This document shows positions 49,521 through 61,900 of a stretch of 64,000 nucleotides of DNA, one piece after another. A program made the translations under genes and the position numbers. How positions within the stretch are numbered: position 1 is the first letter of the stretch; each line of letters opens with the position of its first letter. This stretch comes from Centroscyllium fabricii (lineage: Eukaryota). Location of the stretch: positions 571,764,001-571,828,000 of the forward strand of contig JBNRSN020000001.1 in the NCBI GenBank assembly GCA_051313645.2, in the 5' to 3' direction. The notes beneath the pieces are model-generated. The model did not search any database. It had not been told where the DNA came from and was given only the letters and a program-made list of their open reading frames with translations.

Positions 49521-49547
49521 TTACTTTAGTCTTTATGTCTGTTTTAT

Positions 49548-51580
49548 AGCACTCTTGTCTCTGAGTCAGAAGGTTGTGGATTCAAGTCCCACTCCAGAGA
49601 ATTCAGCACTTAATCTAGTGTAAGATTTGAGCTGATGTTTCCCGGATCCAGAACTACTATCAACACTTTTCATAACACAGAACTGCAAGCAACATGCTTT
49701 TGTTAAAACCGATAATGTGGGGGCACCCTGGGTACGGAGATGTGGCTCTGTACCAGGGAAAAGGACTATAGCCAGAGACATTTTAAAAGAAAACCACAGA
49801 CACAAGCAGGGGCCACAAAATGGCTTCGCCGACCATGTGATCAGCCTGGCAGAGTGAAGCTAAAACAGCCCCACACACACATTTTCTGCAAAATCATGAC
49901 CAGACAGACTTTGGATATTGGTCATGAATAGCCCACATAACGAGATCGAGTCCCCAGACTGGGAGGCGCCGGTGTCCAGCATATGGACAAGGGGCACCGA
50001 GGTAACCTCGTCAACTAAAACAAAAGGCCCATAGAAACCCGAGGGCCGGTGATGGGAAAAAGCTTTTGCACAGAGATCGCTTAACGGGAAAGACGTTTAC
50101 AGGTGGTCAGGAGATTACCGGTCTGTTAGGCGACCATCAGAACAGAAAAGAACAGATCTAACCTCACTTAAAGACAAAAGGGCACTCTAGATCTGGCGCG
50201 CAGATAAGCGCGAGGTGCGGGGGTATAACGGCCCAGGGTTTTGAACTTGAAAAAAAAAAAAAAACAACGGACAGAGGGGGTCTGACAGAGGGGAACTGAT
50301 GAGCTAGGAAGCTAACAGACTGACGAACTGAAGAACGGGCGAACGAGGGGGAAGCGAGAGACTCAGAACGAGAGACTTCCCCAGGACAGGTCGCCGTAAT
50401 AGAAGGAAGTTTGGGCCTCGTGGCCTCCAGTAAGTAAGCTGGTGGCATGAGAGCCGGGTTGAGAGACCGTTTAAATTAAGGTACACTCCGGCTGGAGTCC
50501 CTACCAGAACGAGAGCTCAAGCAAAGAGCTGATGGCAGTTAATAGCCAGAAACAGTAACAGTATCGATTTAAAGTAAGAGCTGGAGAGAAGCAGTGGAGG
50601 TCTGAACCAGAAAGAAAGGTGCACTCGGTTAGAGATCAGCTAGAAAAGTGCTTGCCTGCATCAGAAGTCGGTGCCAGGAAGCCAGGAAGGCGGAAGAGCG
50701 AGAGAGAGAGAGAGCCCCTTCCACAGCTACCTAATCGAAGGACGAAGGAGGTGCAACCAACGAACCCCGAACCCCCAGTAAACATAGCCCATGGTGAGTA
50801 TGGTGTTCCGCTTCTGCACGTCTGGACATAGGATAGTGTAGGAAGTGGAGGGTGGGTGTCGTGGAAGCATATTGGGGTGTAGCTGTTTAATGTTTGCCCA
50901 ATTTTACGTTGTGTCGTACCCTCTCCATCCTGTTTTAACAATGATTAACGTTTGGTTCTACTTTTGTAAACTATTGAATGTGTAATAAAGAACTGTGTTT
51001 TAAACATCACATCTCTGGTCTCTTGGAACTCTGTTCTGGCAGGAATTACCTACACTATCACAACTCCTGTACATAAGCCCAGTGTCAAGAACCGTAGGGG
51101 GGAGCGTTTCGAACCGCTCACAGGGACCCGGTGTGCGAGGCCTGGTCGCGGGACCAAGGCAAGGCGCAGGGACTCTAGGTCGAGCCTGGAGAAGGCCGGC
51201 TGCCAAACCCCTTACACTAGGATGAAACTCCAGTGCAGTACTGAGGGAGAGCTGCACTGTCGGAGGTGCCGTCTTTCAAATGAGATGTTAAACCGAGGCT
51301 CCGCCTGCCCCTTCAGATGGAGGTAAAAGGTCCCATGGCGACTATTTCAAAGAAGAGCAGGAGAGTTCTCCCCGGTGTCCTGGCCAATATTTGTCCCTCA
51401 AACAATATCAAAAAAACAGATTATCTGATAATGATGACATTGCCATTGTGGGAGCTTGCTGTGCATAAATTGGCTGCTGATTTCTTACATTAAAACAGTG
51501 ACTAAACTTCAAAAATGCTTCAATGGCTGTAAAACACTTTGGGACGTCCTGCGGTCAGGAAAGGCACTATATAAATGCTT
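49548..51580 (+). mobile_element. DeuSINE split by a solo LTR (49548-49618 plus 51217-51580)
   Basis: Head lies before and Deu core/tail after the insertion; the halves join at TAATCTAG|GATGA. Confidence 0.85.
49619..51216 (+). mobile_element. Large solo LTR (1598 bp)
   Basis: TGTAAG...CTTACA termini, perfect TSD CTAG, AATAAA near 50984. Confidence 0.8.
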
Positions 51581-51581
51581 T

Positions 51582-52349
51582 GGGGGAAAAATTGGCTAGC
51601 GCACTTTTTAGTGCACTAACATTGGTGCAGCGCTATTTTTAGCGCCAGCCGCTCGCTGGTGCCGTTAGCGCTAAAATTCGCCTGTAGCACTCAGTAGTAG
51701 GGTGGGTGCTAAAATACGCGCCCGCCCTCGTTGTTAGGGCGCTGCAGCCAAAGTTCCGGGCGCTGGGGGGTCACTGCGCCGTGCAGCGCAGAGTGGCGAC
51801 CTGCAGTACTGCAGGCCTTCCTCCCCGATTAATGTGGAGGTGCCGGTGTTGGACTGGGGTGGACAATTGCAAGAAGTCACACAACACCAGATTTATAGTC
51901 CAACGGTTTTATTACAAATCACAAGCTTTCGGAGCGCCGTGGGATGACATGCAGCAGAAGGAGCCCGGCACTGGAGGGAAGTGCCGGGCTCAGTGGTTGT
52001 AGGCCTCACACCGCGGGGGGAGCAGCAGGGGAGGCAGAGGGGGAAGGTGCTGGCAGTTGGCCAGCAATAAAAATGGCCGACTGGCACCCTCCCCTTTAAA
52101 CTGCGCTCCCCCGCTGCTCTGATGGCTAGAAAAAGCTGGCGCGGGCAGCGCCCGCCGAAAACTCAGCGCGCGCTGCCCAATTTCAGTCACGGGCACCAGA
52201 ATGGCACTTCGCACATTGATGACATCATTCCCGTCGGCCAGCAGCGCGAGAAATTCAGTAGGGTGCTACCGGTTACCGCTCGCATTAGCGCCCCACTGAA
52301 TTTCGCCAGGGCACTAACAGGCAGGTGCAGGACAGCCAATTTCTAGCCC
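51582..52349. mobile_element. Harbinger-like MITE carrying a Penelope-like fragment (51832-51936)
   Basis: GGGGGAAAAATTGGCT/AGCCAATTTCTAGCCC termini; internal similarity to 43021-43788. Confidence 0.65.
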
Positions 52350-52829
52350 AAATTCTTTCTTTCTCATGTACCTACTTTACTATTCTATTTACAGTAAACC
52401 AGCGCCACCATGTTCCTACACAATGCACAATGGAAGCATCAGTCACATTCTCATCGTCTCCATTTTGCTTTTCCTTGGCAACTACATGCATATTTGCTCT
52501 AAATCCTGCCTTGTAGACAGATAGTAAAGACTGTGCTTGCTGCTGGTGTCTGTCCTGTAACAAGCAGTCACTGTCCTATTATTGCCCCATAGAGAAGCCG
52601 TCACTGCCAGGATTACGTCGCAGTGCTGCCCTCTAGTTATCGTTGGATTTCTAAACTTCGTCTACAGGGCAACCTCTGTTCATTGACTAATAACTTAAAG
52701 TTTTATTGCCTCTTGATCAAGTAGCCAGTTTATATTTATTCGAAGCTTGCTGCAGCTCAGTTAACCTGCTGTGCTCACATTACCTGGAGAACAGAGAATA
52801 ACACAACGTCCCTCACACTCACAAAGACA

Positions 52830-54321
52830 AATAAAATACACCGCAACACAGAAATATGCCACAACACAGAAATATAACACACCATAGAAATATACAACAC
52901 CAAAATGTACAAAAACACAGCAATATACTACAAGGAAATATACAAACACACAAAAATGTACAACACAGAAATATACAACACAGAAATATACCACAGCACT
53001 GAAATATACAACACAGAAATATACAACAAAGAAATATACAACAACAAGGAAATGTACAAGAAAGAAATATACCACAACACAGAAATATACAACACAGAAA
53101 TATTCAACCAAGAAGTATACAACTACACAGAAATATATCACAACACAAAAAAATACAACACAGAAATATACAACACAGAAATATACCAAGGCACCAAAGT
53201 ATACAAAAGCACAGAAGTATACCACAACACAGAAAAATACAAGATCATAGAAATATACAACACATAAATATACCACAGCACAGAAATATACAACAACTCA
53301 GAAATATCCAACAGCATTTAAATATACCACAACACAGAAGTAGACAACACAGAAATAGAAAAAAACACTGACATATACAACAACACAGAAATGTACAGCA
53401 ACACAGAAATATACAACACTTAAATATACCACATCACAGAAATATACAACAACACAGAATTATATCACAATACAGATATACACAACAAAGAAATATAAAA
53501 GAACACTGCAATATAGCAAATGACAGAAATATACAACAACACAGAAATATACAAGAACACTGAAATATACCACAACATAGAAATATACAAGAACCCTGAA
53601 ATATACCACAACACAGAAATATACAACAACATTAAAATATATCACAACACTGAAATGTACTACAGCACAGAAATATACAACACAGAAATATACAACAAAG
53701 AAATATACAACTACACAGAAATAAACAACACAGAAATATACAACACATAATTGTACAGCAACACAGAAATATGCCACAACACAGAAAAATACAACACTGA
53801 AATATAGAATTCAGAAACATGCCATAACACAGAAATGTAAAATGTCACAGAAATATACAACACTGAAATATACCACAACACAGAAATGAATTACACAGAA
53901 ATACACAACACAGAAATATACCACAACACAGAAATATACCACAACACAGAAATATACCAAAACAAAGAAATATAAAACAACACTGAAATGTACCACAACA
54001 CTGAAATATACCAGAACACAAAAATATAACACAACACAGAAATATATAACATCATAGAAATATACAACAAACAAAAATAACACAACACAGAAATAAACCA
54101 CATCACAGAAATATGCAACAACACAGAAATATACAAACAGAAATATACAACAACACAGAAATATATCTCACAACAGAAATATACAACATGGAAATATACA
54201 ACAACACAGAAATATATAACAAAGAAATATACAACTAAACAGAAATATGCAACACCAAAATATACAACACAGAAATGTAGAGCAACACAGAAATATACAA
54301 CAACATTGAAATATACCACAA
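52830..54321. repeat. AT-rich satellite, 15/18-bp unit ACAACACAGAAATAT(ACC), left part
   Basis: Tandem degenerate units, G-poor on the + strand. Confidence 0.95.
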
Positions 54322-57300
54322 TGTAGAGGCATGCAGGGCTGAAGAACCACACTGGACACAGAAGATTCGGAAAGTTATCATTTAATACTGACACAACTAA
54401 GGCCAGGTGGCGAAAGAGACTGAGCCACCTGGAACCACGGCATTTAAAGGTCCCGCGGTTGGTGACGTCACTGCCGGGTGTCCACCTGGCGACGTCATCA
54501 CGCCGGAAGTCGCGGTGACGTCATCACGCCGCCCGGCGGGTGGGGCCGTCTCGCAGTACTCACGAGGCGGATTCGATGGTCCTGGTGGGCGTGTCGCCAC
54601 ACAGCTCCCCCACAGAATCCGTGAGGGAGAGCGAAGTTTGAGCAAGAGGAGAAGGGAGCATAAAGTAAAATAAAAAAATGGAGAATAAAAAGTTGAGTCT
54701 CAGGCGGGGTGTTGAGGTGGCCTGATGATGCGGCCCGCACGTGTCATCGCAGGCAAGGCGTTGAGGTGGCCTGATGATGCGGCCAGCACGTGTCGTGCGC
54801 TGCTCCTTGTTCTGCGTTGGAGTGTGGGCGGGCTTTGGTGCGGTAGGGCGTCCGCGCTTTGGTGGCTGCGCGGGGACTGTTGTCTCACCCGCCATTACGT
54901 GTGCCGGTTTGAGCCGGTCAATTGAGACAGTCTCAGCTCTGTTGCCCATTTTAATCTGGAACGTTTTAGGTCCCGCCCGAAGCACTCTGTACGGTCCGTC
55001 GTATGGTGGCTGTAGTGGTGTTCGATGTGCGTCGTGGCGGACAAACACATAATTGGCATTCTGGATGGTGTCTGGAACACGTGCTGCCGGCTCTCCGTGC
55101 CGGGCCACCGGAAGTGGTTTGAATGCCGCTGCCTGGTTGTTAAAGTCTTTGAGGCAGCGTTCGGCTGACCAGGGGGCGTTTGTTTCTGCCACGAACTCGC
55201 CTGGTACGGTTAGGGGTTGGCCATAGACTAGTTCCGCCGCTGAGACGTGCAGGTCTTCCTTGGCCGCTGAACGCAGGCCGAGCATTACCCAGGGCAGGCG
55301 GTCGGTCCAGGTCGCGTCTTTGAGGCTGGCCTGCAAGGAAGCTTTGAAGGAGCGGTGGAACCGTTCGCAGAGGCCATTGGCCTGTGGGTGGTAGGCGGTG
55401 GTTCGGTGCAGGGTTGCCCCGAGGTCATGGGCGATGGTTGCCCATAGGGTTGAGGTAAATTGGGGGCCCCTGTCTGATGTGATGTCGGTGGGGACGGCGA
55501 AACGTGCGACCCAGGTGGCAATGAAGGCCCTGGCCAGGTCCGCGGTGGTGGTAGCGGTGAGGGGGACTGCTTCTGGCCAGCGGGTGCTGCGGTCGACCAT
55601 AGTCATGATATGTGTATGTCCCCGTGATGGTGGTAGTGGTCCGACCAGGTCGATGTGGACATGGCTGAAGCGTCTAGCTGGGATGGCGATCATTTCCAGC
55701 GGTGCCTTGATGTGCTTGTGCACCTTGGCATGCTGGCAGGCATTGCAGGAGTTGGTCCAGGCGCGGACGTCCTTGCGCAGGCCGCGCCAAACGAATCGCG
55801 CAGAGATGAGCTTTGTGGACGCGCGGACACCGGGGTGGGACAGGTCATGGAGGGACTGGAAGATGTGTCGCCTCCATGCGTGGGGGACGACGGGTCTGGG
55901 CTGCGGGAGGGAGACGTCGCAGCGGACCTCCGTGGCTGTGGGCCCGTGTGCTACGGTGGCCAAGAGCAGGCCGGGGAGGTTGGTAGCTGGGTCGAGCAGA
56001 TCGGGGTCGGTTAGTTGGTCGGCTGCCATTTTGGTGTAGTCGACGGCCGTTTGAACGGAGTTGATGGTGGGGCGTGAGAGGTAGTCAGCGACCACGTTGT
56101 CGCGGCCGGCGATGTGCTGAATGTCGGTAGTAAATTCCGACACAGCCGTGAGCTGGCGCTGCTGCCTGGCCGACCAGGGTTCAGAGATCTTAGCCATTGC
56201 AGACACAAGTGGCTTGTGATCCACGAAGGCTGTAAAGTGGCGGCCCTGTAGGAGGAAGTGGAAGTGGCGCACCGCGAGGTAGAGAGCGAGTAGCTCCCTA
56301 TCGAAGGCGCTGTACTTGACCTCCGGGGGCCGGAGTTGTCGGCTGAAAATGGCCAGGGGTTGCCAGAAGTCGCCTGTCCACTGCTCAAAGACTGCTCCGA
56401 CGGCGCGGTCGGAGGCGTCGTTGGTGAGGGCTACTCTGGCGTTGGGCCTAGGGTGGCTGAGGAGCTTGGCGTTGGCCAGGGCGGTTTTGGTTGCGGTGAA
56501 GGCGGTGGAGGCTTCGGCCGTCCACTCGACCGCAACCTTGTTGGACTGGCCGCGGGTGGCGTGGTAGAGGGGGGCCATGAGAGCGGCTGCTCCTGGGATG
56601 AAGCGGTTGTAGAAATTAACCATCCCAAGGAATTCCTGCAGCCCCTTGATGGAGTGCGGGCGGGGAAATTCCTGGACCGCCTGCACCTTGTAGGGCAGGG
56701 GTATGGCCCCGGTCTGGGAGATGTGGTGGCCGAGGAAGTCGATCGTCTCGAGGCCGAATCGACATTTGGAGGGGCTTAATATAAGGCTGTGTTCAGCCAG
56801 GCGGTTGAAAAGGGCCCTGAGATGGAGGAGGTGTTCCTGGGGGGAGGTGCTGGCCACGAGGATGTCGTCGAGATAGACGAACGTGAACTGCAAGTCCCGT
56901 AGGACTGAGTCCATGAGGCGTTGGAAGGCCTGGGCCGCGTTTTTGAGTCCGAAGGGCATTCGGAGGAATTCAAATAAGCCAAATGGGGTAATGACGGCTG
57001 TCTTAGGGACGTCCGCCGGGTGCACTGGTACCTGGTGGTAGCCCCGTACCAGGTCGATCTTGGAAAAGACCGTGCAGCCGGCTAGCCTTGCTGAGAAATC
57101 TTGGATGTGGGGGACGGGGTACCTGTCCGGGGTGGTGGCGTTGTTGAGGCGGCGGTAGTCTCCGCAGGGGCGCCAGCCTCCGCCGGGTTTGGGGGCGATG
57201 TGGAGGGGAGAGGCCCAGGGGCTGCTGGAGCGGCGGATTATGCCGAGTTGTTCCATGATGTGGAACTCGGCGCGCGCGATCTCCAGCTTGGCCGGGTCCA

Positions 57301-58949
57301 GCCTGCGTGTGTGGGCATGGACTGGGGGGCCTGTGGTGGTGATGTGGTGCTCCACCCCATGCTTGGCCGTGCGGGCTGTGAAGGTGGAGTTGGTGAGTGC
57401 TGGGAACTCCGCGAGCAGCGTGGCGTACGTGTCGGAGTTCCGGGCTCGGCAGTGGGACGCTGCGTGGGTCTGGTGTGCCGGCCTTGTGGAGCATGGGATG
57501 GTCGACATGTTGTGGATGTCGACCAGGCGGCGTTGGGTAACGTCGACCAGTAGGCCGTGGGCGCACAGAAAGTCGGCCCCGAGTAGGGGTATTTTGACTT
57601 GTGCTGTGATGAAGTCCCACTTGTACATGTGGCCTGCTAGCTTGATGGTAAGCTGGCGGGTGCCGAACGTAACTATCTCGGAGCCGTTTGCGGCTTCAAG
57701 TGGTGGGCCTTGTGTGCCTTGCTTGGTTTCTGCGGGGGAGGCTGGCACGATGCTGTGCTGCGCGCCTGGGTCGCAGAGGAAGCGGAGGCCTGAGCCGCTG
57801 TCCGTGACGAAGAGCAGTGCTCCAGAGCGGCCTACGGACATGGTGGGGCTTGGGCTGGTTTGGGGTTTGAAGGTGCAGGGCTGGACGCAGCGCTGCGCTT
57901 TAGCTTCAAACCTGGTGTGGTAGTAGCACCAGCCGGGGCCTGTGGTGCGTGGCTTTTTGTGAGTCCGCACCGCTCTGGGTTGGGACCTGGGGCCGGGCCT
58001 GGGGTGCGCGTAGTACTGCTCCGGTGGAGCGGCAGTGGTTTGGCGCGTGGCGGCTCGGATGCGCTCGGCCCTCATCAGCTTGTCGGCCTCATGGGCCAGT
58101 TGCTCCTTGGTATAGTGGTCCAGGACCGTCAGAGCCGGTCTGACGGAGGGAGGCAGTTTAAGGAGGAACAAGGCGCGTTTAATGGTGGCCGGGTCGCAAT
58201 TAACCGCTTCAAATTGGGCCCAAAGTTCCGATGGATCTGCGTCCCCGAGATCGGGGAGGTTGATGAGCTGGCAGTCGCGCTCAAATTGGGTGGGGGTAAA
58301 TTTTTCTAGCAGCGCGGCCTTAAGCCTTTCGTACCTGCCAGCAGTTGGTTCTTGCTGGATTGATGCCCACATTCGGTCGATCGTGGGCTGCGAAAGGGCT
58401 GCGAAGAGCAGGCTGTAACGATCGTCCCCCTGCACGCCATAGATGCGGTAGGTGTTCTCCGTGTTGAGGAAACAGGCCGCTGGACGGAGTTCCCAGAACT
58501 CAGGTAAGTTTGGGATTTGGCCGTAGTGCTGGCCCCGTCTGTGGTGGCGTGCTGTTTCGATCCCTGCTGGCATGGTGGTTGCGATTCAACTGAGGCAGCT
58601 TGGCCCTCAGTCCTGCAGCGACTGCTTCATTGTTCCCTTGGAATTCGTTCCAAGTATCGAGGTCACCACTGTAGAGGCATGCAGGGCTGAAGAACCACAC
58701 TGGACACAGAAGATTCGGAAAGTTATCATTTAATACTGACACAACTAAGGCCAGGTGGCGAAAGAGACTGAGCCACCTGGAACCACGGTATTTAAAGGTC
58801 CCGCGGTTGGTGACGTCACTGCCGGGTGTCCACCTGGCGACGTCATCACGCCGGAAGTCGCGGTGATGTCATCACGCCGCCCGGCGGGCGGGGCCGTCTC
58901 GCAGTACTCCCGAGGCGGATTCGATGGTCCTGGTGGGCGTGTCGCCACA
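54322..58949 (-). mobile_element. Gypsy element A3 (CsRn1-like), full length, inserted in the satellite
   Basis: 280-bp LTRs 58670-58949 and 54322-54601, TSD ACAA, tRNA-Trp-like PBS; close relative of A2. Confidence 0.97.
54560..58573 (-). CDS. gag-pol: Gag-Pol polyprotein, 1337 aa (stop lost, protease DTG changed to DPG)
   Basis: Colinear with the A2 ORF; TGA to TGC change extends the frame into the 3' LTR. Confidence 0.88.
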   Translation of the reverse strand: MPAGIETARHHRRGQHYGQIPNLPEFWELRPAACFLNTENTYRIYGVQGDDRYSLLFAALSQPTIDRMWASIQQEPTAGRYERLKAALLEKFTPTQFERDCQLINLPDLGDADPSELWAQFEAVNCDPATIKRALFLLKLPPSVRPALTVLDHYTKEQLAHEADKLMRAERIRAATRQTTAAPPEQYYAHPRPGPRSQPRAVRTHKKPRTTGPGWCYYHTRFEAKAQRCVQPCTFKPQTSPSPTMSVGRSGALLFVTDSGSGLRFLCDPGAQHSIVPASPAETKQGTQGPPLEAANGSEIVTFGTRQLTIKLAGHMYKWDFITAQVKIPLLGADFLCAHGLLVDVTQRRLVDIHNMSTIPCSTRPAHQTHAASHCRARNSDTYATLLAEFPALTNSTFTARTAKHGVEHHITTTGPPVHAHTRRLDPAKLEIARAEFHIMEQLGIIRRSSSPWASPLHIAPKPGGGWRPCGDYRRLNNATTPDRYPVPHIQDFSARLAGCTVFSKIDLVRGYHQVPVHPADVPKTAVITPFGLFEFLRMPFGLKNAAQAFQRLMDSVLRDLQFTFVYLDDILVASTSPQEHLLHLRALFNRLAEHSLILSPSKCRFGLETIDFLGHHISQTGAIPLPYKVQAVQEFPRPHSIKGLQEFLGMVNFYNRFIPGAAALMAPLYHATRGQSNKVAVEWTAEASTAFTATKTALANAKLLSHPRPNARVALTNDASDRAVGAVFEQWTGDFWQPLAIFSRQLRPPEVKYSAFDRELLALYLAVRHFHFLLQGRHFTAFVDHKPLVSAMAKISEPWSARQQRQLTAVSEFTTDIQHIAGRDNVVADYLSRPTINSVQTAVDYTKMAADQLTDPDLLDPATNLPGLLLATVAHGPTATEVRCDVSLPQPRPVVPHAWRRHIFQSLHDLSHPGVRASTKLISARFVWRGLRKDVRAWTNSCNACQHAKVHKHIKAPLEMIAIPARRFSHVHIDLVGPLPPSRGHTHIMTMVDRSTRWPEAVPLTATTTADLARAFIATWVARFAVPTDITSDRGPQFTSTLWATIAHDLGATLHRTTAYHPQANGLCERFHRSFKASLQASLKDATWTDRLPWVMLGLRSAAKEDLHVSAAELVYGQPLTVPGEFVAETNAPWSAERCLKDFNNQAAAFKPLPVARHGEPAARVPDTIQNANYVFVRHDAHRTPLQPPYDGPYRVLRAGPKTFQIKMGNRAETVSIDRLKPAHVMAGETTVPAQPPKRGRPTAPKPAHTPTQNKEQRTTRAGRIIRPPQRLACDDTCGPHHQATSTPRLRLNFLFSIFLFYFMLPSPLAQTSLSLTDSVGELCGDTPTRTIESAS

Positions 58950-61900
58950 ACAACACCAAAAATATACAACACTGAAATATACCACAACAACAAAAATATA
59001 CAACACCGAAATATACCACAACACAGAAATATGCAACACGGAAATATACCACAGCACAGAAATATACGACAACACATAATTATATGACAAAACAGAGATA
59101 TACAACAACAAAGAAATATAAAAGAACACTGAAATATAACAAAAGACAGAAATATACCACAACACAGGATATTACAAGAACACTGAAATATACCACAACA
59201 CAGAACTATACAACACAGAAATATACAACAACATTGAAATATACTACAGCACAAAAATATACAACAACACAGAAATATACAACAAAGAAATATACAACTA
59301 CACAGAAATATACAACACAGAAATATACAACACAAAAATGTACAGCAACACAGTAATATGCCACAACACAGAAAAATACAACACTGAAATATAGAATATA
59401 GAAACATGCCACAACACAGAAATATAAAACATCACAGAAATATACAACACTGAAAAATACCACAACACAGAAATGAACAACACAAATATATCACAACACA
59501 GAAATATACCAAAACAAAGCAATATAAAACACTGAAATATACCACAATACTGAAATATACCAGAACACAGAAATATAACACAACACAGAAATATAAAACA
59601 TCATATAAATATACAACAAAGAAAAATAACACAACACAGAAATAAACAACAAAAGAGAAATTTGCAACAACACAAAAATATACAACAAAGAAATATACAA
59701 CACAGAAATATACAACAAAGAAATATACAACACCAAAATATACAACAACACTGAAATATACCACAGCACAGAAATATACAACAACTCAGAAATATCCAAC
59801 AGCATTTAAATATACCACAATACAGAAATATGCAACACCGAAATATAAAGGAACATTGAAATATACAACAAAACAGAAATGTACAGCAACACAGAAATAT
59901 ACAACACTTAAATATACCACAACACAGGAATGTACAACAACACAGAAATATAAAAGAACACTGAAATATAGCAAAGGACAGAAATATACAACACAGAAAT
60001 ATACAAGAACACTGAAATATAACACAACACAGAAATATATAACAACACAGAAATATACAACAACATTGACATATATCACAACACTGAAATATACAACAAC
60101 ACAGAAATATACAACAACACAGAAATATACAACACAGAAATATACAACACATAAATGTACAGCAACACAGTAATATGCCACAACACAGAAAAGTACAACA
60201 CTGAAATATAGAATACAGAAACATGCCACAACACAGAAATATAAAACATCACAGAACTATACAACACTGAAATATACCACAACACAGAAATGAACAACGC
60301 AGAAATACACAACACAGAAATGAACAACACAGAAATACACAACACAGAAATTTTCCACAACACAGAAATATACCAACACAAAGAAATATAAAACAACACT
60401 GAAATATACCACAACACTGAAATATACCAGTACACAGAAATATAACACAATGCTGAAATAGAAAACATCATAGAAATATACAACAAAGAAAAATAACATA
60501 ACAAAGAAATAAACCACAACACAGAAATTTGCAACAACACAGAAATATACAACAACACAGAAATATATCTCACCACAGAAATTTGCAACATGGAAATATA
60601 CAATAACACAGAAATATACAACTAAGTAATATACTAAACAGAAATATGCAACACTGAAATATACAACACAGAAATGTACAGCAACACAGAAATATACAAC
60701 AACATTGAAATATACCACAACATCAAAATCATACAACACAGAAATATACCACAACACAGAAAACCACAACACCTAAATATACCACTACACAGAAATATAC
60801 AACACGGAAATATACACTAACACAGAAATATACAACACTGACATATACCACAACACAGAAAAATAACACAACACAGAAATATAAAACATCATAGAAATAT
60901 ACAACAAAGAAAATTAACACAACACAGAAATAAACAACAAAACTGAAATTTGTAACAACACAAAAATATACAACACAGAAATGTAATGCAACACAGAAAT
61001 TTAAAACAAAGAAATATACAACAACACAGAAATATACCACAACACTGAAATATACAACACAGAAATATACAGCAACACAGAAATGTACCACAACACAGAA
61101 ATGTAGAGCAACACAGAAATGTACAACATAGTATATATAACATGACAAATAAATATACCACAACACAGAAATATACAACAACACAGAAATATGCAACACA
61201 GAAATATACAAGAACACTGAAATATACCACAACACAGAAATATACAACACAGAATTATACAACAACACTGAAATATACCACAGCACAGAAGTATACAACA
61301 ACACAGAAATATAAAACACTGAAATATACAACACAGAAATATACAGCAACACAGAAATGTACCACAACACAGAAATTTACAACACAGAAATATACAGCAC
61401 AGAAATATGCAATAACACTGAAATATACCACAGCACAGAAATATATAACAACTCAGAAATATGCAACACAGAAATATACAAGAACACTGAAATATACCAC
61501 AACACAGAAATATACAACACAGAATTATACAACAACACAGAAATATAAAACACTAAAATATACAACACGGAAATATACAGCAACACAGAAATGTACCACA
61601 ACACAGAAATATACAACACAGAAATATACAACAAATAAATATACAACACCAAAATATACAACAACACTGAAATATACCACAGCACATAAATATACAACAA
61701 CTCAGAAATAGCCAACAGCATTAAATATACCACAACACAGAAATATGCAACACAGAAATATAAAGGAACATTGAAATATACAACAAAACAGAAATGTACA
61801 GCAACACAGAAATATACAACACTTAAATATACCACAACACAGGAATGTACAACAACACAGAAATATAAAAGAACACTGAAATATAACAAAGGACAGAAAT

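Noticed and set aside
45406-58418. Many antisense and alternate-frame ORFs within the Gypsy pol regions
   Set aside because: Expected from GC-rich codon usage; no domain motifs.
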